This document shows, one piece after another, positions 19,991-31,400 of a stretch of 64,000 bases of DNA (positions within the stretch are counted from its first letter, which is position 1; each line of letters opens with the position of its first letter). This DNA is from an uncultured Spirochaetota bacterium (GTDB lineage Bacteria > Spirochaetota > Brevinematia > Brevinematales > JAOACQ01), in the NCBI GenBank assembly GCA_963768055.1, contig CAVYGN010000002.1, forward strand, positions 1,792,001-1,856,000. The letters run 5' to 3'. The position numbers were made by a program, and so were the translations under genes. Below the pieces are notes generated by a model, which saw only the letters and a program-made list of their open reading frames with translations, was not told the DNA's origin and made no database searches.

Positions 19991-20893
19991 TTGGGTATTA
20001 TGGCGAAAAATATAGAGACCAAAAAGAAATTTATTGAAAAACTTTACCAGTCGGGTGAAGAAAGAATGATCCATCTGCTTACCAATCAGTTTGAGTTAGT
20101 GGATGAAATGATCGGGATAACCGAGGGCGAAGATAGTGTGAAATTTGGATGGTTTTACCGCCTTATCATTAATCTCCTGACCAGCCTTGAAATGGATGAA
20201 GAAGAAGCCAGGAGCCATTATTTTAAAATTCTGGAAAACAAATATTACCTTTCAGAAAAGATGGGGAGGGACATCGGGATACGCGTAGCGGCGCTGGATT
20301 ATTTTCAAAACATTATTAAATCCCTGAAAAACCCGAAGATAATGGAGATCGCTTTTTTTGAACAAATTCTTAAACTTAGCAAAGAAGATCCGAAAACCGG
20401 ATGCTATAATTCCAAATTCATTTCCGAATTTGTCATTAAAGAACTAAAAAGAGCTAAAAGGCATAAATTGAAACTATCCCTGATCATGATCGATCTTGAC
20501 GACTTTAAGGATGTAAATGATAAATTGGGACATTTAGGAGGAGATAAAGTACTGAAGGAATTCAGCCATATCCTGTCAAACTCTGTCAGGGATGAAGATA
20601 TTATCGCCCGTTTTGGAGGAGATGAATTTATGATCGTACTGCCGCAAACAGGCCGTACAGGGGGCCGTAGCCTGGCTGAAAGAATAATTTCAAAATGCAA
20701 GGACTATTTCCATGATAAAAAAGATATTACCAATAAGATCGATATTACATTTTCCTGCGGTATTGCCACCTATCCCTATGATGCCCTGGATTATGAAGGC
20801 CTTGTAAAAGTAGCCGACAATGCCCTTTACAGCGCGAAACATCTAGGTAAAAACAGGATCTTTTATAATCCGGATAAGGAGGAACCGGCATAA
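19991..20893 (+). CDS. Diguanylate cyclase (GGDEF)
   Basis: DPKTG, DLDDFKDVND, RDED I-site, RFGGDEF. Confidence 0.9.
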   Translation: MGIMAKNIETKKKFIEKLYQSGEERMIHLLTNQFELVDEMIGITEGEDSVKFGWFYRLIINLLTSLEMDEEEARSHYFKILENKYYLSEKMGRDIGIRVAALDYFQNIIKSLKNPKIMEIAFFEQILKLSKEDPKTGCYNSKFISEFVIKELKRAKRHKLKLSLIMIDLDDFKDVNDKLGHLGGDKVLKEFSHILSNSVRDEDIIARFGGDEFMIVLPQTGRTGGRSLAERIISKCKDYFHDKKDITNKIDITFSCGIATYPYDALDYEGLVKVADNALYSAKHLGKNRIFYNPDKEEPA

Positions 20894-20924
20894 CTGATTC
20901 TCAATGCGGCCGTTGGAGGAATTA

Positions 20925-21668
20925 ATGACTAAAAAGCCTGATTATGGAATCGATGCTCCAAAAGTAATCGCTAACCTCACTATAGCCTTTGTTTCGATAA
21001 TATTAATCCAAATTGCAGCAGATGTCTTCATCCTCAAAGAGATCTCCCCCGCTTATATTATTATAAATCTGGTTTTAATAATTTCAGGATTAAGTTTTCT
21101 AATAACAATTATCAAAATGTTTTTAAGCAGCCTGGTTTACAAGATAAAAAACAGGGATATTGTATTGAACAAATTAGAAATTAAAGGTAATGAGAGAGTT
21201 TTAGATGTCGGATGCGGTTTGGGATTATATCTGATAGGGGCTGCAAAAAGATTATCAACAGGTCATATTACCGGAATTGATATCTGGCAGGCGGAGGACC
21301 TTTCAAAGAATAATAAAAGCAATACTGAAAAAAACATTAAAATTGAGAGCGTTGCAGGTAAAATCGACTTAATAACGGCGGATATGAGGGAAATGCCTTT
21401 TAAGGATGATTCTTTTGATATTCTGGTGAGCAGTTTCGCTATCCATAATCTTTATTCTGAAGTTGAAAGGAAAAAAGCCTTGCTGGAAATCATCAGGGTT
21501 GTTAAAAGCTCCGGTAAGATTTGTTTAATCGATTTTAGATATATCGACGAGTATAAAAATATCCTTGAACAACATGGCGCAAAAAAAATTATAATAGACA
21601 GGGCTAAAATGGTTTTTCCAGGCACAAAAGTATTATATGCGATAAATGTTAATAAATCTATCGAATGA
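20925..21668 (+). CDS. Membrane-anchored class I SAM-dependent methyltransferase
   Basis: YGIDAP, two TM helices, VLDVGCGLG, GIDIW. Confidence 0.85.
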   Translation: MTKKPDYGIDAPKVIANLTIAFVSIILIQIAADVFILKEISPAYIIINLVLIISGLSFLITIIKMFLSSLVYKIKNRDIVLNKLEIKGNERVLDVGCGLGLYLIGAAKRLSTGHITGIDIWQAEDLSKNNKSNTEKNIKIESVAGKIDLITADMREMPFKDDSFDILVSSFAIHNLYSEVERKKALLEIIRVVKSSGKICLIDFRYIDEYKNILEQHGAKKIIIDRAKMVFPGTKVLYAINVNKSIE

Positions 21669-21839
21669 ATTCATCAAAACCAGTGCGGGGGTGATCGGGA
21701 TTGTTTTCCCTGTGCTTGCAGAAAGCCGTCAGCGGCTGAATTGACTTTTATCTCTATATTATCTAAATTAAATTGCTTATTAATATTTTTTTTCAATAGT
21801 AAAAGCAGGCCCTAATAATATAATTTAGAAGGAGGTTTT

Positions 21840-22232
21840 ATGAAGCCTTTTCTAGGGAAATTAGAGCCTTATATCTATTCCATTTTCAGGATCATAATAG
21901 GTTTCCTATTTTTTTGGCATGGCTCTATGAAATTGATCGGATTCCCATCGATGAGCGGGGGAATGCCTGCGTTTTTACTGTATACCAGCGGTTCAATCGA
22001 ATTTTTCGGGGGACTACTGATGATGTTCGGGCTTTTTGTCCCTATTATAGCTTTTATTGCATGCGGTGAAATGGCCTTCGCTTACTTTATGGCACACGCC
22101 CCTCACGCTTTACTTCCTATAATCAATCATGGCGAACCTGCAGTCTTATTCTGCTTTTCTTTTCTCTATATTTCGGCTAAGGGTTCGGGATTATGGAGTT
22201 TAGACACGCTGATTTTCAAAAGAAAAAAGTGA
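21840..22232 (+). CDS. DoxX family membrane protein
   Basis: RIIIGFLFFWHGSMKL, GEMAFAYF and GLWSLD. Confidence 0.85.
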   Translation: MKPFLGKLEPYIYSIFRIIIGFLFFWHGSMKLIGFPSMSGGMPAFLLYTSGSIEFFGGLLMMFGLFVPIIAFIACGEMAFAYFMAHAPHALLPIINHGEPAVLFCFSFLYISAKGSGLWSLDTLIFKRKK

Positions 22233-22263
22233 ATACGGGATAGTTCACAGGAAACGATAACAA

Positions 22264-23265
22264 ATGATAATTCAGGAATTTTACGAACAATATTGGGGCC
22301 GCATAGAAAATCGCTGTATGTCTATTTTAAATCAGGGGAACCCGCCCCCTTCGGTCAAAGAAATCGTTCTTTACAACTTTAAAAATCCCGGAAAACGCCT
22401 GAGACCTTATCTTTCTATGGGTTTATCGCTTTGTTTTAACCCGCGGATCGATGAAAGGGACCTTGATTTCGCGGCTTCTGTTGAACTCCTTCATAATGCA
22501 TCATTGATCCATGACGATCTTGAAGACCAGGATTTTTTGAGGCGCGGGGAGTTGAACATCTGGAAAAAGTTTTCACCGGTGCAGGCTATTAACACGGGAG
22601 ACCTTTTTTTCACAAAAGCGATTGAAATTATGCTTGTTTCGGAAATATCAGGGAATATCAAATTGGAATTAATAAGGAGGACTATAAAAGCGATAAATGA
22701 ACTTATTCATGGACAAATGCTAGAAATTTCGTTTCAGAACACTATAGATATGACCTGGAAGGATTGGGAAGATATTGCGGCTAAAAAAACCGGGGCATTA
22801 TTCCGATTAATATTCGAGGGCGTATTTCTTATTTCCGGGTTGAATATCAGTGATTATGCCGATGGATTCAGCAGTATTGGAAGATTGGTCGGAAATCTTT
22901 ACCAGATGCGTGATGATCTTCTGGATGCAATAGGCTTAAAAGAAGGCAGGCGTCAGGGCAGCGATATCCTGGAAGGGAAAATGACATGCCTGTCCATTAA
23001 AGCTATGGAAAAGGGCGATGAAAATTCCCGGTTGATCAGGGAAGCCCTTTTAAACCCGGGCCAGGAAGATCAGGAATCCCGGATCAACAGGTTAATAGAC
23101 ATGTATGAGGGCCAGGGAATTACCTTTGAATTATTACAGCAGTTTTCTATCCTTCTGGAAGAGTGCCGGAATCATCCGATAACAATTAATTTTCCCCGGA
23201 TAAAACCCGCTTTTAACGATTTCCTGGATCTGCTGGCAATAAAAGATAGAAAGGCAGAAGTATGA
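22264..23265 (+). CDS. Polyprenyl diphosphate synthase
   Basis: GKRLRP, ELLHNASLIHDDLED, KKTG, YQMRDDLLD. Confidence 0.9.
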   Translation: MIIQEFYEQYWGRIENRCMSILNQGNPPPSVKEIVLYNFKNPGKRLRPYLSMGLSLCFNPRIDERDLDFAASVELLHNASLIHDDLEDQDFLRRGELNIWKKFSPVQAINTGDLFFTKAIEIMLVSEISGNIKLELIRRTIKAINELIHGQMLEISFQNTIDMTWKDWEDIAAKKTGALFRLIFEGVFLISGLNISDYADGFSSIGRLVGNLYQMRDDLLDAIGLKEGRRQGSDILEGKMTCLSIKAMEKGDENSRLIREALLNPGQEDQESRINRLIDMYEGQGITFELLQQFSILLEECRNHPITINFPRIKPAFNDFLDLLAIKDRKAEV

Positions 23266-24173
23266 TTAATATTAAAGATCTTATGCTTGCGGTAAGATTG
23301 CCTTTTCTGACGGCCAGCGTTTTTCCGGTGATACTTTCAATAGTCTGGTGCGCCCTCGATGCAGGAAAATTTAATATATGGTATGCATTGTTATCTATAT
23401 TAGGAGTAATTTTAGTCCTTTTCGGAGCAAATACTATTAACGATTATTCCGACTGGAATTTTTCAGACGCATCGAATCCTAATTCAAGTCCTTTCAATGG
23501 CGGGACCCGGAGCAAAATTGAGAACAGGGTCCCCAGAGGCCTTTTTCTCGTGATTGCATTGGTTTGCGCTGCCATCCTTGCCTTGATTGCTTTGGCTTTT
23601 ATAACAACGGGCCGGTTTTTTGTTTTATATTTTTCCCTTGCAGGTTTACTTTTTGGATATCTATATTCCTCTCCGCCGTTTAGACTGCATTCGAAGGGAT
23701 TAGGCGAACTCGTTATATTCCTGGCCTATGGCCCGATTTTAAGCGCGGCAGTATGCTACGTGATGACCGGTCTTATTAGCCCTCAGCATTTTTTTATCGG
23801 CTTGCCGGCGGGAATTTCAACCGTTTCAATTTTATGGATCAATCAGTTTCCAGATTATAATCCGGATAAGGACGCGGGTAAGAAAAACCTCACTGTAAGG
23901 CTCGGATTAAAAGCATCCAGGTATTTTTATGTATTTTTGATTTTTTCGGTTTACCTGTCGGTTGCCTTTTTAATATATTTTCATCTTTATCCGATCTGGA
24001 CGGGAATGGTAATCGTTCTCATTCCGGGAAGCATAAAAGCAATCGGAATTCTATTTAAAAATTATCAGGATCCGAAAAAACTTCTTCCCGCTCAGGGTTT
24101 CACGATCCGGTTTCAGTTGTTGATTGTTTTACTTATAACAATCGGTTTGATCATGGGGCACTGGATTTATTAA
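23262..24173 (+). CDS. menA: MenA-like UbiA-family prenyltransferase
   Basis: NTINDYSD, YSSPPFRL, GLGE, NQFPDYNPDKDAGKKNLTVRLG. Confidence 0.8.
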   Translation: MINIKDLMLAVRLPFLTASVFPVILSIVWCALDAGKFNIWYALLSILGVILVLFGANTINDYSDWNFSDASNPNSSPFNGGTRSKIENRVPRGLFLVIALVCAAILALIALAFITTGRFFVLYFSLAGLLFGYLYSSPPFRLHSKGLGELVIFLAYGPILSAAVCYVMTGLISPQHFFIGLPAGISTVSILWINQFPDYNPDKDAGKKNLTVRLGLKASRYFYVFLIFSVYLSVAFLIYFHLYPIWTGMVIVLIPGSIKAIGILFKNYQDPKKLLPAQGFTIRFQLLIVLLITIGLIMGHWIY

Positions 24174-24195
24174 ATATTTTGATAAGGATGGGATT

Positions 24196-25344
24196 ATGAA
24201 AATTATTATTGTCGGAGCAGGATTCGCCGGGATCGAATGCGCTAAAAAACTTGGCCCTTTAAAAGGGCATGAAGTAACCTTATTCAATAAGACCGACCAC
24301 ACAACGATGATTCCCTCCCTGCCGGATGTGGCTGGAGGCCGGGTCGATAAAAAATATGTCATTGAAAAAATCGTTAATCTTATCCCGAAAAACATCCTGT
24401 TTAAAGTCGAGACAATCACTTCCATCGATCTGGACATAAAGGAAGTTCGTTCGGCAAAAAATATTTATAAGTATGATTTATTAGTCCTTGCTGAAGGCGC
24501 GGAAGTCAACTATTACGGGTTCAATCAGAATCTGGACAAAGTATATACGCTTGAGAACGTTGAAGACGCCTTGAAAATAAACCGGGAAATCTTAAAAAAA
24601 GCGGAGAACGGCAAACTGAAGAATGTGGTTATCTCCGGTTCGGGTTTTACGGGCCTTGAGGTGGGAGCCAATCTGCATACGGCATTAAAAGCTTATCCTG
24701 AAATCAGCATTCGGTTTATAGAAAAAACAGATACGATTCTCTCGCCGCAGGAACCGGTTTTCGCAGCCTATTTGAAAAAAGAATTCGAAAAATTAGGGTT
24801 TCACTTTCATATGAAAGACATTATTAAGAATTTTGACGGTAATAAAGTTGTCCTTGGAAGCGGCTTGGAATTTGAGCAGGCTGTCTTAATCTGGACCAGC
24901 GGACTTAAGAGGGCAGTTAACATTACCGGCAGTATAAAAGAATTGCCTAACGGCAGGCTTATCGTCAATGAGGATTTGAGACTCCCCGATTATGGCGATG
25001 TTTTCGCGATCGGGGATTGTTCCGCTTTTCAATACAAAGGCAAATACCTCAGGATGGGAGTGGATTTCGCTGATAAGATGGGTTCTCTTACCGGGGAAAA
25101 TATAAAAAGGCATGTCCTGGGAATTCCGTTAAAAAATTACAAACCTTTTGATCTGGGCTGGATACTGCCGGTAAATTATACAAGCGCCGGCGTTCTTTTA
25201 ATAATCAGGATAAAAGGGAGAATCGGTATCCTGATGCATTTTATGATAATAGCGTTGAAAAATTACAACCTTACCAATTTTTTCGCTTATCTAGGTTATG
25301 CAATCAAATTCTTTTTTACCGGAAAGTTTTATAGAAAAGGATAA
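24196..25344 (+). CDS. Type II NADH dehydrogenase-like FAD-dependent oxidoreductase
   Basis: GAGFAG and GSGFTG dinucleotide motifs, YDLLVLA, VFAIGD. Confidence 0.75.
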   Translation: MKIIIVGAGFAGIECAKKLGPLKGHEVTLFNKTDHTTMIPSLPDVAGGRVDKKYVIEKIVNLIPKNILFKVETITSIDLDIKEVRSAKNIYKYDLLVLAEGAEVNYYGFNQNLDKVYTLENVEDALKINREILKKAENGKLKNVVISGSGFTGLEVGANLHTALKAYPEISIRFIEKTDTILSPQEPVFAAYLKKEFEKLGFHFHMKDIIKNFDGNKVVLGSGLEFEQAVLIWTSGLKRAVNITGSIKELPNGRLIVNEDLRLPDYGDVFAIGDCSAFQYKGKYLRMGVDFADKMGSLTGENIKRHVLGIPLKNYKPFDLGWILPVNYTSAGVLLIIRIKGRIGILMHFMIIALKNYNLTNFFAYLGYAIKFFFTGKFYRKG

Positions 25345-25391
25345 TTGGTGACCAGAGAAGGCTACCTGAATGCGGAAAAGTAGTCTCTGCT

Positions 25392-26771
25392 TCATTCCTT
25401 TATGTATTTTGAAAGAAATTCCAGCAGCCCTTTCAAATCGATACTTTTTGAATAAGCGTCAAGCCTGGAAATAAAAGGCTCCGATTCGGGATGATCGGGC
25501 CCGGCATCTTTAATATATTTACGGATGCCCATAATATCGCCGGATTTTGCAAGGCGGTATAACATTTTAAGGGCATCATGGGCTGGAGGGGTAAGCTTGC
25601 CGGCCGGCGGGGCCTTTTCAAACGAACTGCCGCCGCTTAAAGTACCGGGTGTTGTCAATTCATTGTTTTGAATATCAAAAACAAGGTCAAACCAGAAAGT
25701 GCTGCCTTTTCCCTGCTTGCTTTTCACAAAGAGGTCGCCCCCCTGCATTTTCACAAGATTCCTGCTGATCGAAAGGCCTAAACCGGTTCCTTTGGATTTA
25801 CCCGTACTGTTATTCAGCTGATGGAACGAATTGAAGATATTCTCCAGTTCGTTTGAGGGAATTCCAATCCCGCTGTCTTCGATCTCAAAGCGAATTTTAA
25901 TCCGGTTAGGTTCCTCCATCGGCACCGTTTTAAGGTTGAAATTAACATAGCCTTTCTGCGTAAATTTTACAGCGTTTGACAGGAGGTTTAAAAGAATCTG
26001 CCTCAGCTTTGTTTCGTCTCCGATCACTTTTATGGGTAATTTTGAAGCGGAGCTGAATCGAAATAAAATATTTTTTTCATTCGATTGAATACTGATGGTT
26101 TTAGAAATATTTTCAAGGAATTCGGGAAAATTAAATTGCTTTTTTTCAATTTCCATCTTGCCGGCTTCGATTTTCGATAAATCAAGCAAATCGTTGATCA
26201 ATGCCAATAATTGCCTGCCGCTTTTTCCCATGACTTCAAGGTAATCGAGCTGCTGATCCGTCAGATCCCCCCCTTTTTGAAAAATCTGGATATAACCTAA
26301 AATCGAGTTGAGCGGAGTCCGGAGTTCATGGCTAACATTGGCCAGAAATTCGCTTTTGGCCTGGTTAGCCTTCAATAATTCGTTGTTTTTCTCGATCAAT
26401 CTCAAATATAAATTGATTTTGTTGATAAACTGGTCTTCCTGTATAGGCTTCGTAATATAATCCACCGCGCCGATCCTGTACCCCATGTTCTCGAATGAAT
26501 CTGTTTTGTATTCCGCGGTTAAGAAAATAATAGGGATGTTTTCAGTTTTCTTCCTTTGTTTTATCAATGTTGCGGTTTCAAAACCGTTCATTTCCGGCAT
26601 TTGTACATCGAGAATGATCAGGTCGACCTCCATTTTTAAAAGCTTCAGGAGCGCATCTTTCCCGGAATTAGACTCTATTATATTGCAATTGAGGTGGGTA
26701 TTTAAAATGGTTTTTAAAGTCAACAGATTGTTTGCATTATCGTCAACGATAAGGATATTGGCGCTGATCAT
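25392..26771 (-). CDS. Hybrid REC-histidine kinase
   Basis: ILIVDD...LDVQMP; SHELRTPL; NLLSNAVKF; GTGLGL. Confidence 0.9.
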   Translation of the reverse strand: MISANILIVDDNANNLLTLKTILNTHLNCNIIESNSGKDALLKLLKMEVDLIILDVQMPEMNGFETATLIKQRKKTENIPIIFLTAEYKTDSFENMGYRIGAVDYITKPIQEDQFINKINLYLRLIEKNNELLKANQAKSEFLANVSHELRTPLNSILGYIQIFQKGGDLTDQQLDYLEVMGKSGRQLLALINDLLDLSKIEAGKMEIEKKQFNFPEFLENISKTISIQSNEKNILFRFSSASKLPIKVIGDETKLRQILLNLLSNAVKFTQKGYVNFNLKTVPMEEPNRIKIRFEIEDSGIGIPSNELENIFNSFHQLNNSTGKSKGTGLGLSISRNLVKMQGGDLFVKSKQGKGSTFWFDLVFDIQNNELTTPGTLSGGSSFEKAPPAGKLTPPAHDALKMLYRLAKSGDIMGIRKYIKDAGPDHPESEPFISRLDAYSKSIDLKGLLEFLSKYIKE

Positions 26772-26786
26772 CCGGATATTTCCCTT

Positions 26787-28484
26787 TTATTTTTTTATTT
26801 TCTTATAAATTTTAGCATTTTTATCATAAACTGAAAAATATTCCGTTCCCTTATTAATTGTAATATCCTCTTTATCCCCTAAAACAAGAAAACCGCATAT
26901 ATCTAAAGATTCCTGAAAAAGATTCAATACCTTTTTCTGCAGCTCATTATCAAAATAAATCAAAACATTCCTGCAAATGATAAGCTGAAATTCATTAAGG
27001 ATCCCGCTATTGACTATACTGTGCTGGAAGAAAAGGATATTATGCTTGAGATAATCCTTGATTTTTAAATAACCGGTTTTAATCTCGAAGTATTTTTCAA
27101 ATTGATTAGACCCCCCGGATAAAATATAATTGCTTTTAAAAAGATCGAAATTTTGTTTTGAATAAAGGCCGTTTTTAGCCTCTTCGATCACATAAGGGTT
27201 CATATCGGTTGCATAAATTTGCGTTTTATCAAGGATCCCCGATTCGTCAAGAAGTATTGCAAGCGAATAGGCTTCCATTCCTGTCGAACACCCCGCGCTC
27301 CATATTTTAATACGGCTGTAGGAATTTAAATAAGGGAATACTTTATCTTTTAATATCCTGAAGACTTCAGGATTCCTGAAAAAATCGGTTACATTTACCG
27401 TTAAATCCAATAAAAAGTCTTCGAAATGATCAGCATCCGAAAGGACCTCATCCCTTAAACCGCCTAATGTTGAAAGATTTTCCTTGATCATAAAAAGCCG
27501 GATCCTTCGTTTAATACTATCGATGCTGTAATTTTGAAAATCATATCTGTAAATATTAAATATTGATGATAAGAGCTGCCTTACTTCATCGTCATTTAAG
27601 GAAAATTTCTCCAGGTTATCTGATAAGAAAGAAACAATTTGCGGCATCTTAAGCACATAATCAGGATTTTTTGTTTCAATGCAATTCAATGGCAGATCCT
27701 TTGCCACGCATTCCTCAGGATCCTCGACAATAATCGTACTTTCGTTCTCTTTTAAATATCCAAGGGCCTTACAGCCGTCGCTCCCGTAACCGCTTAGTAT
27801 AATTGCCAATAATCCCTCACGGTATTCCGCGGAAAGAGACCTGAACAAGACCTCGATCGAGGGCCTCGCGTAATTAACCGGAGGATCTTTTGAAAGGATT
27901 ATCTTTTTTTCGACGGCCTCCATCTGATATCCCGACGGGGCTATATAAATGGTCTTATTTTTAATCACAGCGCCTTTCCGCGGCGTTGAAACCGAATATT
28001 CAGTTCTTGACTTGATGAGTTTTTCAAGAAGATTGGGGCTGTCTTCCAATACATGCTGTATTATAAATATCGAAATATCGCAAACCGGAAGATTCTCTAC
28101 AATCGTAAAGATTTTTTCCATGCTTTCAGCCGAACCTCCGATTGCGATAGCCCTTATATCTATATTCCCGCTTTTTTTAAGAGATTTTCGCGGTATGCAG
28201 GTATTTGCGATCCCTAACCCGATTAAATATGAACAAAGATACCTGTGAAGGATGAATATTTTAAGCGTCATAGGCGGATTGATATCGCAAAATCCGGCTA
28301 ATATTTCAATTATCTCGGCCGGGAGCATTTTTGCATCGAAAAAAGTGATCTGGACGGAATCTAAGCCTTTCCCGGGATTGCACAGAAGTTTTAAAAGCTC
28401 GGCCCTTTCTTTGTCGCTATCAGTGAATCCTGTAACAGAGATATGAAGGATATTTTTAATAGTATCTTTTTGAACCGCCATCAC
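26787..28484 (-). CDS. CheB methylesterase-CheR methyltransferase fusion
   Basis: CheB: GGSA, IQH, RPSIE, SGYGSDG. CheR: NVTDFFRNP, WSAGCSTGME, CRNVLIYF. Confidence 0.85.
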   Translation of the reverse strand: MMAVQKDTIKNILHISVTGFTDSDKERAELLKLLCNPGKGLDSVQITFFDAKMLPAEIIEILAGFCDINPPMTLKIFILHRYLCSYLIGLGIANTCIPRKSLKKSGNIDIRAIAIGGSAESMEKIFTIVENLPVCDISIFIIQHVLEDSPNLLEKLIKSRTEYSVSTPRKGAVIKNKTIYIAPSGYQMEAVEKKIILSKDPPVNYARPSIEVLFRSLSAEYREGLLAIILSGYGSDGCKALGYLKENESTIIVEDPEECVAKDLPLNCIETKNPDYVLKMPQIVSFLSDNLEKFSLNDDEVRQLLSSIFNIYRYDFQNYSIDSIKRRIRLFMIKENLSTLGGLRDEVLSDADHFEDFLLDLTVNVTDFFRNPEVFRILKDKVFPYLNSYSRIKIWSAGCSTGMEAYSLAILLDESGILDKTQIYATDMNPYVIEEAKNGLYSKQNFDLFKSNYILSGGSNQFEKYFEIKTGYLKIKDYLKHNILFFQHSIVNSGILNEFQLIICRNVLIYFDNELQKKVLNLFQESLDICGFLVLGDKEDITINKGTEYFSVYDKNAKIYKKIKK

Positions 28485-31400
28485 TCAGCCTGTTTTTCCC
28501 GTTTTTTTTCTATCCATGCGCCTATTAGGTGGATCAGCCCGTCGTAATCGATAGGTTTTGTAATATAATCATCCGCTCCGGCTTCCAGGCATTTTTCCCG
28601 GTCACCCGCAAGGGCTTTCGCGGTCAATGCGATAATGGGTATTTCTTTCATACGGCTATTTTTACGAATTTCCCTCGTGGTTTGATAACCGTCCATTTCA
28701 GGCATCATAATGTCCATTAAAACCAGGTCTACCTTTTGAGTATTAAGGAGTTTCAGCGCCTCTTTCCCATTTTGCGCATCCAGAATTTTCGCATTAAAAT
28801 CTTCCAGAGCGCTTGTCAGTACAAATACATTCTTAATATCGTCATCCACAATCAATATAGTTTTTTCTCTCAAATCCAGCCGTTCGGCGCCGCTTCCGGT
28901 ATTTATCCTCCTGCTATTTTGCGTGTTGCTTTCTTTTGCCCTGTTCAGGAAATAATCGGCTTCTTCCATAAGCCTGATGTCCGAATGAACTGTTTTAATT
29001 ATAATGCTTTCAGAATATTTTTTCAGGGTCTTTTCCTGATCCGCGGTCAGGTTTTTCCCCGTATAAATAAGAACGGGTAAATTCAATTTTTTTTCTTTTA
29101 TGATTTTGCAGATTTCAAAGCCGTTTCCCTCTTTTAAACCCAGATCGATTATAGCCAGGTTGAATTCGCTTTCATTAATTTTTTCCAGCGCTTCCTCCCG
29201 GGAAACCGCTTCGGATATTTGAGTGTTTCCTTTTGACAGGAGCTGATGCAAAGCTTTTCTCAAGACTTCGTTATCCTCCACTAATAATATTTTATTGATT
29301 TTGCTTTTCGATCCCGGCTTAGAGAGCATATTGTTTAAGGATAATTCAAATTTTTCTAAATTAACCGGTTTTTCAATATAATCGAAGGCACCGCTCCGGC
29401 TGTAATTCTCATCCTTGTCTTTTCCTGAAATGATCATCACGGGAATTTTTTCAAGCTCCCTTGTGCTTTTCAGATCCCTGAGGATATTAAACCCGTCGGT
29501 GTCGGGTAAAATCAAATCAAGCAATATGCCTTGCGGCCGGTATCTCTTTATCATTTCCATCCCGTCTTTTCCATTTAAAGCGAAAAGGACTTTAAGGTTT
29601 TTTTTATGAAGAACTTCAAGTAAATTTAATACAAATGACCGGTCGTCGTCTATAATCATAATAACCGTATCAAGAGGAGCAATATTGTCCCTGTCGTCTA
29701 AAATTAAATCTCCTGCGGTTTGAACATCGGCAGCCGCCCTCTCCTGTACTGGTTTAGAATTCTCTCTGCCGGCGTCTAAAATCGGGAACAAAATAGAAAA
29801 AGTGCTTCCGGATCCTTTCTCGCTATCGATTGTGATTTTTCCCCTGATCAGGGCGGCGAGCTCTCTGGCTATGGATAATCCGAGGCCTGTACCGCCGTAT
29901 TGCCTGGAAATTGATCCGTCGACCTGCTGGAACGCTTCAAATATTATTTCCTGCTTGTTTTTGGGAATTCCCTCCCCCGAATCGGTGACCGATACGCTGA
30001 ATGGATATTCCGGGGTGTCCCTTTTATCCAATATTAATTTTACCCCCCCCTTTTTTGTGAATTTAAACGCATTTGATAAAAAATTACGTACTATCTGCGA
30101 CAATTTGTCTTTATCGGTGACTAGAGAGCCTTTGATATTATCTTTGACAGCAAAATCCAGCTCCTTTTCTATTGCCAGGGGAGAAAACATACTCTTAAAT
30201 TCTTTAACGAATCCCCGTGAGTCGAAAGAAGAAACCTGAAGGGATATTTTACCGGATTCAATTTTCGACAGGTCTAAAATATCATTTATAAGACGCAACA
30301 ATTCGTTTCCAGATTGATAAATAACTTTTAATCTTTCAATGTCGGGAACGGAAAAAGTATTTTTCTCATTCCTGGAAAGGATACTTGACAATAGAATAAT
30401 GGAGTTAAGAGGGGTTCTGAGTTCATGCGACATATTTGCCAGGAACTGGGATTTATACTTGTTTGCCCCTTCCAGTTCTATTTTCGACCGCGATAATATT
30501 TCATTATTTTCTTTAAGCTGTTCAGCCCTGGTCTCAAGCTGTTCCTGTTGCTCTTTAAGTAAATCATTGGATTGCTGGAGTTCTTCGCTTTGCTGCTGGA
30601 GCTGCTGCTGCTGTTCTTCAAGCAATGAATTTGTCTGCTGGAGTTCCTCGCTCTGCTGCTGGAGCTGCTGCTGCTGTTCTTCAAGGGTTGTATTGACCGC
30701 CTGGATTTCAGCCGATTTTCTCTGCGCCTCTCCGGTCGCCTCTTCCGATATTTTTAAAAGTTCTTTGATTTTATTATTCTGCAGGGAAGAATATAAATAA
30801 TTAGCAATAATGCTATTAGACGAGGTTAAAAAATCGATGACGGCGGGGCTCATCGATTCAAAGGAAGCTATCTCTATGATTCCAAGGAGTTCATCTTCAA
30901 AAACTATTGGAAGAGTATAAGTATTCAAAGGAGATCCCGCCGATGTCCCGGTCGGAATGATAATTTCATTCTGCCGGATATTTTTCAGGAAGATGGGTTT
31001 TTTTTCAAGGGCGGCCTGGCCGACCACCCCTTCCCCTAATTTGTAACGATCCGAGAGATTGGATTTTTCCGTATACGCGTAAGATCCCTCCAGCATCAAC
31101 AAACCCGGTTCGGCGTTGTAAATATAGAAAACGCACATTCCCGCATTTACATATCTGCCTATAAAGCTTGAGGAAATATTACATATTCTTTCAGGCGAAA
31201 GGTTGCCGTACAATTCATGGGCAAGTTTATTCAACCCGTCTTTAAGCCAGAATTGCTCGTCATTAATATGTTTATTATTTTTAAGGCTTTCGGTCATAAT
31301 TTTCATGGCTATGCTTAAAGTGTCCTTTTCACTGCGGGGGACAATCATAATGCTGTAATCCCCGTTTGCCACCGCATTTGCCTGGAGGACCATGGTTTTT

